DNA of 64,000 nucleotides, from positions 672,001-736,000 of the forward strand of contig OY762940.1 in the NCBI GenBank assembly GCA_963667255.1, given 5' to 3'. How positions within the stretch are numbered: position 1 is the stretch's first letter; every line of letters begins with the position of its first letter. The position numbers were made by a program, and so were the translations under genes. Under the pieces are notes generated by a model, which made no database searches, was not told the origin of the DNA, and saw nothing but the letters and a program-made list of their open reading frames with translations. This stretch comes from Candidatus Cloacimonadota bacterium (GTDB lineage: Bacteria > Cloacimonadota > Cloacimonadia > G963667145). This document shows positions 60,048 through 64,000 of this stretch, one piece after another.

Positions 60048-61067
60048 ATGAACAAAACTTTTATAGTTTCTAGAACCGATAAAATCGGGGATTTGCTTCT
60101 ATCCATCCCATCTTTTTTTAGATTGAGGAAAATGTTCCCTGAAGCAAAAATTATTGTTCTTGTTAGGCAATATAATTTTGAAATTGTTGAAAATTTGCCT
60201 TACATTGATAAAGTGGTAAAAATTGACGATTATTCGGAAAAGGAATTAATAAATTTAGTAAAATCTTTTAAGGCAGATTATTTTATTAGCCTATTTACAA
60301 ATAAATTTATCGGGAAATTGGCAAGAAAATCGGGTGCAAATTATCGGATTGGTCCATATTCTAAATTTCATTCTTTGTATTCTTATAATAAAGGTATTAT
60401 TCAGCACAGAGCGAATTCTATAAAAAATGAAACCGAATACAATTTGGATTTGATAAGAAAAGTTGATGAAAATCTTTTTAATCAAAACAAAACAATCAAT
60501 ACAGAAATTTGCTTGCAAACAACACATTTGGAATTTGCTACCAATTATTTATTGGGAATTAAAGAAAAGATAATTGCCGTAAATCCATTCAGTGCTGGTT
60601 CTGCTAAAAATTTGAAACTATCTCAATACAAAAAATTAATAGAACTTATTTTGGAAAATACAGAAAATTTTGTGATTATCTTGGGTCATATAAGTAATAA
60701 GAAAGAGATATTCGAAAATTTTGAAAATATAGAAAGTAAAAGACTAAAAATTTTTATTAATGAAAATTCTATTTTGTTCACTGCTTCGCTGATAAATAAA
60801 TGTGATTTATATCTTGGTGGCTCTACTGGACATACACATATTGCTGGAGCTTTTGGGAAGAAAATCATCGCTTTTTATTCGGGAATAAAATCTCAATCCA
60901 TTATTAGATGGGGAGTTTTCAACAATAGCAATGTTAGCTATTTCGGAAATAATTTTGCTTGCCCAGGAAAAATGAAATGCAATAAAAAGTGTGAAAATTA
61001 TGATTGCTTTGATAAAATTGATTTGGACGAAGTTGTAAAAGCTGTAATAGAAAAATTAGTGGAATAA
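60048..61067 (+). CDS. family 9 glycosyltransferase
   Basis: RTDKIGDLLL, STGHTHIAGA, C-terminal Cys cluster. Confidence 0.87.
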   Translation: MNKTFIVSRTDKIGDLLLSIPSFFRLRKMFPEAKIIVLVRQYNFEIVENLPYIDKVVKIDDYSEKELINLVKSFKADYFISLFTNKFIGKLARKSGANYRIGPYSKFHSLYSYNKGIIQHRANSIKNETEYNLDLIRKVDENLFNQNKTINTEICLQTTHLEFATNYLLGIKEKIIAVNPFSAGSAKNLKLSQYKKLIELILENTENFVIILGHISNKKEIFENFENIESKRLKIFINENSILFTASLINKCDLYLGGSTGHTHIAGAFGKKIIAFYSGIKSQSIIRWGVFNNSNVSYFGNNFACPGKMKCNKKCENYDCFDKIDLDEVVKAVIEKLVE

Positions 61068-61069
61068 TA

Positions 61070-62062
61070 ATGCAAAAAATTTTAATAATCCAAACTGCTT
61101 TTCTGGGGGATACTATTCTAATCACTCCATTGATAAATGCCGTAAAAGATTGTTTTCCTTGTAGTTTGATAGATATTGTGACACTTCCAAAAAATAGTAT
61201 TGTTTTCCAAAATAATCCGTCCGTAAACGAAATAATCCCTTTTGACAAAGATAAAAAATTTAACTCTTTTTTGAAGTTGGTTAAGGAGATTAGAGCCAGT
61301 AAATATGAAATAGCCTTTTTGCCACATTCTTCTTTGACCACAACTTTGCTTGCTTATTTTGGCAAAATAAAAAGAAGAATTGGTTTTGATAGAAGAGTTT
61401 CAAAGTATTTTCTCACCGACAGAGTTGATTTTAGAACTAATTGTCTCAGAATAGAAAAGAATTTGGATTTGCTAAAGATTTATTCCGACAAAAAATATGG
61501 AATGCAAACCCGTTTATATATAGCTGAAAATGATAAAAAATATGCTGAAAATAAATTAAAAAACATATCCGACAAAATAGTTGCGATAGCCCCGGGCTCA
61601 ATTTGGACAACAAAAAGATGGGGAAGAGAAAACTATATAAATTTATTAAAAAAATTACCCGACAAAATATTTTTCGTTTTCTTGGGTGCAAAAGAAGATT
61701 ATGATTTGTGCCAAAATATTGTTGAAAACTTACCAAGTCATAATTGCCTTAATTTATCAGGAAAAAGTAGTATTTTGCAATCTGCGGCAATTTTGCAAAA
61801 GTGTGATTTACTTCTGTGCAACGATAGCGGGGCTATGCATATCGCTAATGCTGTTCAAACACCAGTAATTTCTTTTTTTGGACCAACGGTAAAAGATTTA
61901 GGCTATTTCCCTTTCCGTGAAAACGATTTTGTTTTTGAGGTTGATTTGCCTTGTCGTCCTTGCGGGAAACATGGACACAAAGAATGTCCGCTCGGGCATC
62001 ACAACTGCATGAAGAAAATAACTCCCGAGATGGTTCATAGCAAGATTAAGGCTTTGTTCTAA
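61070..62062 (+). CDS. family 9 heptosyltransferase (WaaF-like)
   Basis: QTAFLGD, APGSIWTTKRW, NDSGAMHIA, FGPT, CRPC..CPLGHHNCM. Confidence 0.9.
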   Translation: MQKILIIQTAFLGDTILITPLINAVKDCFPCSLIDIVTLPKNSIVFQNNPSVNEIIPFDKDKKFNSFLKLVKEIRASKYEIAFLPHSSLTTTLLAYFGKIKRRIGFDRRVSKYFLTDRVDFRTNCLRIEKNLDLLKIYSDKKYGMQTRLYIAENDKKYAENKLKNISDKIVAIAPGSIWTTKRWGRENYINLLKKLPDKIFFVFLGAKEDYDLCQNIVENLPSHNCLNLSGKSSILQSAAILQKCDLLLCNDSGAMHIANAVQTPVISFFGPTVKDLGYFPFRENDFVFEVDLPCRPCGKHGHKECPLGHHNCMKKITPEMVHSKIKALF

Positions 62063-62067
62063 TCTAT

Positions 62068-62952
62068 TTGCTAATTGGAGAAGAGTTGAGCTGGTTTTTT
62101 TACACAATTTGCACCCTGTTAATCTACGGATTCATAGATTTTTTTTATAAAGTCGCTGCAAATCACAATTGCTCGTCGTCCAGAGTGCTGTTCTTCGCTT
62201 CTTTTATGGTGACTGTTTTGTCGCTAATCGCCGTATTGGTAACTGGAAGTAGCTTTGTCGATTTCAAAATCATTCTGTTGTTTGCTCTTTTGAATTCGAG
62301 CTTTTTTGCGTCAGGTATTATTTTTAAGGTCTCGTCTCTGAAAAGAGCACCTGCTGGCATTATTTTCCCCCTCACCAAAATTAATTCTATCTTCTTGATA
62401 TTAATCGCTGTTATTTTTTTGGGAGAGAAACTTTTATTGAAGCAATGGCTGGGGATTGTCATTTCTGTTTGTATGGTGGTTTATATCAATTTCAATCTTA
62501 AAGATGAAGCCGAAAAAAAGATTTTTTTCCCTAAGGATAAACAAAAAATAGGGGTTCTTTTTGCAATTTTTGCTGCTATCTCCACAGCAATTTCTATGCT
62601 CGCTGGAAAGTTTGCCTCGGAGCGAGTGCCGATTTTTTCTTATATGCTTTTGTCTTACTTTTTAGTCTGGTTCAATATGTTGTGGCTAAACCGTTTTGTG
62701 GTGCAAGACAAAGAAAAATCTTCCAACGATTTTCGTTTTGGTTTGCTCATAGGTGTTTTAAATTTTTCGGGTTATTTTTGTTTTTTGCGAGCCGTCGGAT
62801 TGGGACCTTTGTCTTTGGTGCAGGGAATAAATTCCAATGTCTTCATAATTCCGATTATTTTGTCGGTGCTATTTTATAAGGAAAAAGTTGATTTACGGAA
62901 GGTTATCATTTTGGTTCTCACAATGGTAAGCATTTTTTTGATAAAGAGTTAA
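62068..62952 (+). CDS. EamA/DMT family transporter
   Basis: Two 5-TM repeats ending FLGEK and FYKEK. Confidence 0.82.
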   Translation: MLIGEELSWFFYTICTLLIYGFIDFFYKVAANHNCSSSRVLFFASFMVTVLSLIAVLVTGSSFVDFKIILLFALLNSSFFASGIIFKVSSLKRAPAGIIFPLTKINSIFLILIAVIFLGEKLLLKQWLGIVISVCMVVYINFNLKDEAEKKIFFPKDKQKIGVLFAIFAAISTAISMLAGKFASERVPIFSYMLLSYFLVWFNMLWLNRFVVQDKEKSSNDFRFGLLIGVLNFSGYFCFLRAVGLGPLSLVQGINSNVFIIPIILSVLFYKEKVDLRKVIILVLTMVSIFLIKS

Positions 62953-63054
62953 TTTTTGCCAAGATTTTGAGTTGACAATGAGACGATAATTACAAAAAAG
63001 AGATTAGGATACTATTTAATATTTATGAAAAAATTATGTTCCTCAAGGAGAGTA

Positions 63055-64000
63055 ATGATGAGAAAGAGTTTAGGTCTGTTTTTAATATTTGTTTTATTTT
63101 TGGTAGCGTGTGGCAAAAAGTCGGAGGACGCTTTGTTGGCTTCTGCAAAAGGTGTGGAAATCAAGGCGGTTGCTTTGGAGAGAATATTCAACAATTTGCA
63201 AGAGCAAGACAAAGCCAGATTGGCATCCAACAAGTATGAGATGGACAATTTTGTTAAAAATACAGCAGCTCAGCTTGCGTCTATAGATTTAATCGCTATT
63301 AATGCCGAAGGCACTGGAATAAAGGACAGCAAAGAGTTTACGGATAGAGTTAGTCTGGGGAAACAAGAGGTTTTAATCAGAACTTATGTTAATGAAAAGT
63401 TCTTGGGCAAAGACGAAAATATTTCTAACGAGACCTTGCAAGAAGAGTATGAAAAGATAAAGGCTTCTCTGACTGAGGAGCAATTGAAAAATTATCCTGA
63501 GTTTGAGGCTGTGAAAGCACGAATCAAGCAACAGTTGGCTAATCAGAAAGTTCAACAAGAGTTTCAGGCTTTCGTTTCTCCTTTGGCAAATAAGGTGAAA
63601 GTGAACGAAGAGAATCTTCAAAAGATTTGTGACGATTTTTGGGCTGGTAACGATTTGGACAAAGAAATGGTAATTTCCGAAGTTGACGAAAGTGCCGTAA
63701 AAGTTTCCGACTTGTTGTTGTCTCTGGGAGAGCTTTCTTTGGACGATGTCAGAGCTCAGGTGAAGGATAAAGCGGATGCAGAGCAATTTTTCCGCAGATC
63801 CGCCGAAAACTTGGGTATCAATATTCAACTGGGCAAGATTGCCAAAGACGAAGGTTTTGCCAAAAAGGATAAATACAAAGAGGATATCCAAGATTTAGAC
63901 AAAATAATTTTGGTTAATCTTTATCTTAGCAAAGAGATTTTTTCCACAATAAATGTGTCTGATGAGGATGTGAAGGCTGAATATGATAACTTGAAAAAAA
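63055..64000 (+). CDS. lipoprotein, SurA/PrsA-like chaperone (truncated by window end; absent from the ORF track)
   Basis: AAGGAG RBS; MMRKSLGLFLIFVLFLVAC lipobox; helical repeats (EFEAVKARIKQQL, VSDEDVKAEY); frame appears open to the window end. Confidence 0.65.
   Translation, partial: MMRKSLGLFLIFVLFLVACGKKSEDALLASAKGVEIKAVALERIFNNLQEQDKARLASNKYEMDNFVKNTAAQLASIDLIAINAEGTGIKDSKEFTDRVSLGKQEVLIRTYVNEKFLGKDENISNETLQEEYEKIKASLTEEQLKNYPEFEAVKARIKQQLANQKVQQEFQAFVSPLANKVKVNEENLQKICDDFWAGNDLDKEMVISEVDESAVKVSDLLLSLGELSLDDVRAQVKDKADAEQFFRRSAENLGINIQLGKIAKDEGFAKKDKYKEDIQDLDKIILVNLYLSKEIFSTINVSDEDVKAEYDNLKK

Overview
Chromosomal window from a low-GC diderm bacterium. It has LPS, LptD and MlaD genes and Na+-type bioenergetic signatures; it feels like an anaerobic Cloacimonadota-like lineage, but that cannot be proven here. 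Most of it is housekeeping: cysS, a serA-like gene, rqcH, tilS-hpt-ftsH, nth, a partial atp operon, a hisA-hisIE fusion, rpiB, gpsA and two tRNAs. It also holds a LolA-like/beta-barrel/MMPL module and an 18 kb LPS/rhamnose cluster. The standout is a five-gene operon (4970-10218) that looks like a stand-alone, flagellum-derived rotary motor. It encodes one protein fusing a signal peptide, the FliF RBM3 ring domain, a TM helix and FliG, followed by a CsgG/FlgO-like + outer-membrane barrel protein, a TPR lipoprotein and a MotA/MotB stator with Na+-type residues. No export, axial or switch genes are present in the window. Other notable items: (i) a triple-hairpin ATP synthase c subunit with Glu->Gln in all three hairpins, next to a normal Na+-type c; (ii) an attC-like hairpin followed by a reverse-oriented pseudogene enclosed by bipartite inverted repeats; (iii) a glf-DUF4422 cassette inserted at the rmlC/rmlD junction with a ~70 bp duplication; (iv) mosaic tandem GT2 genes. 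The supplied track labels ORF 29516..31027 as '+', but the sequence shows it is on the minus strand. All family calls come from motif recognition by eye; no searches were run.
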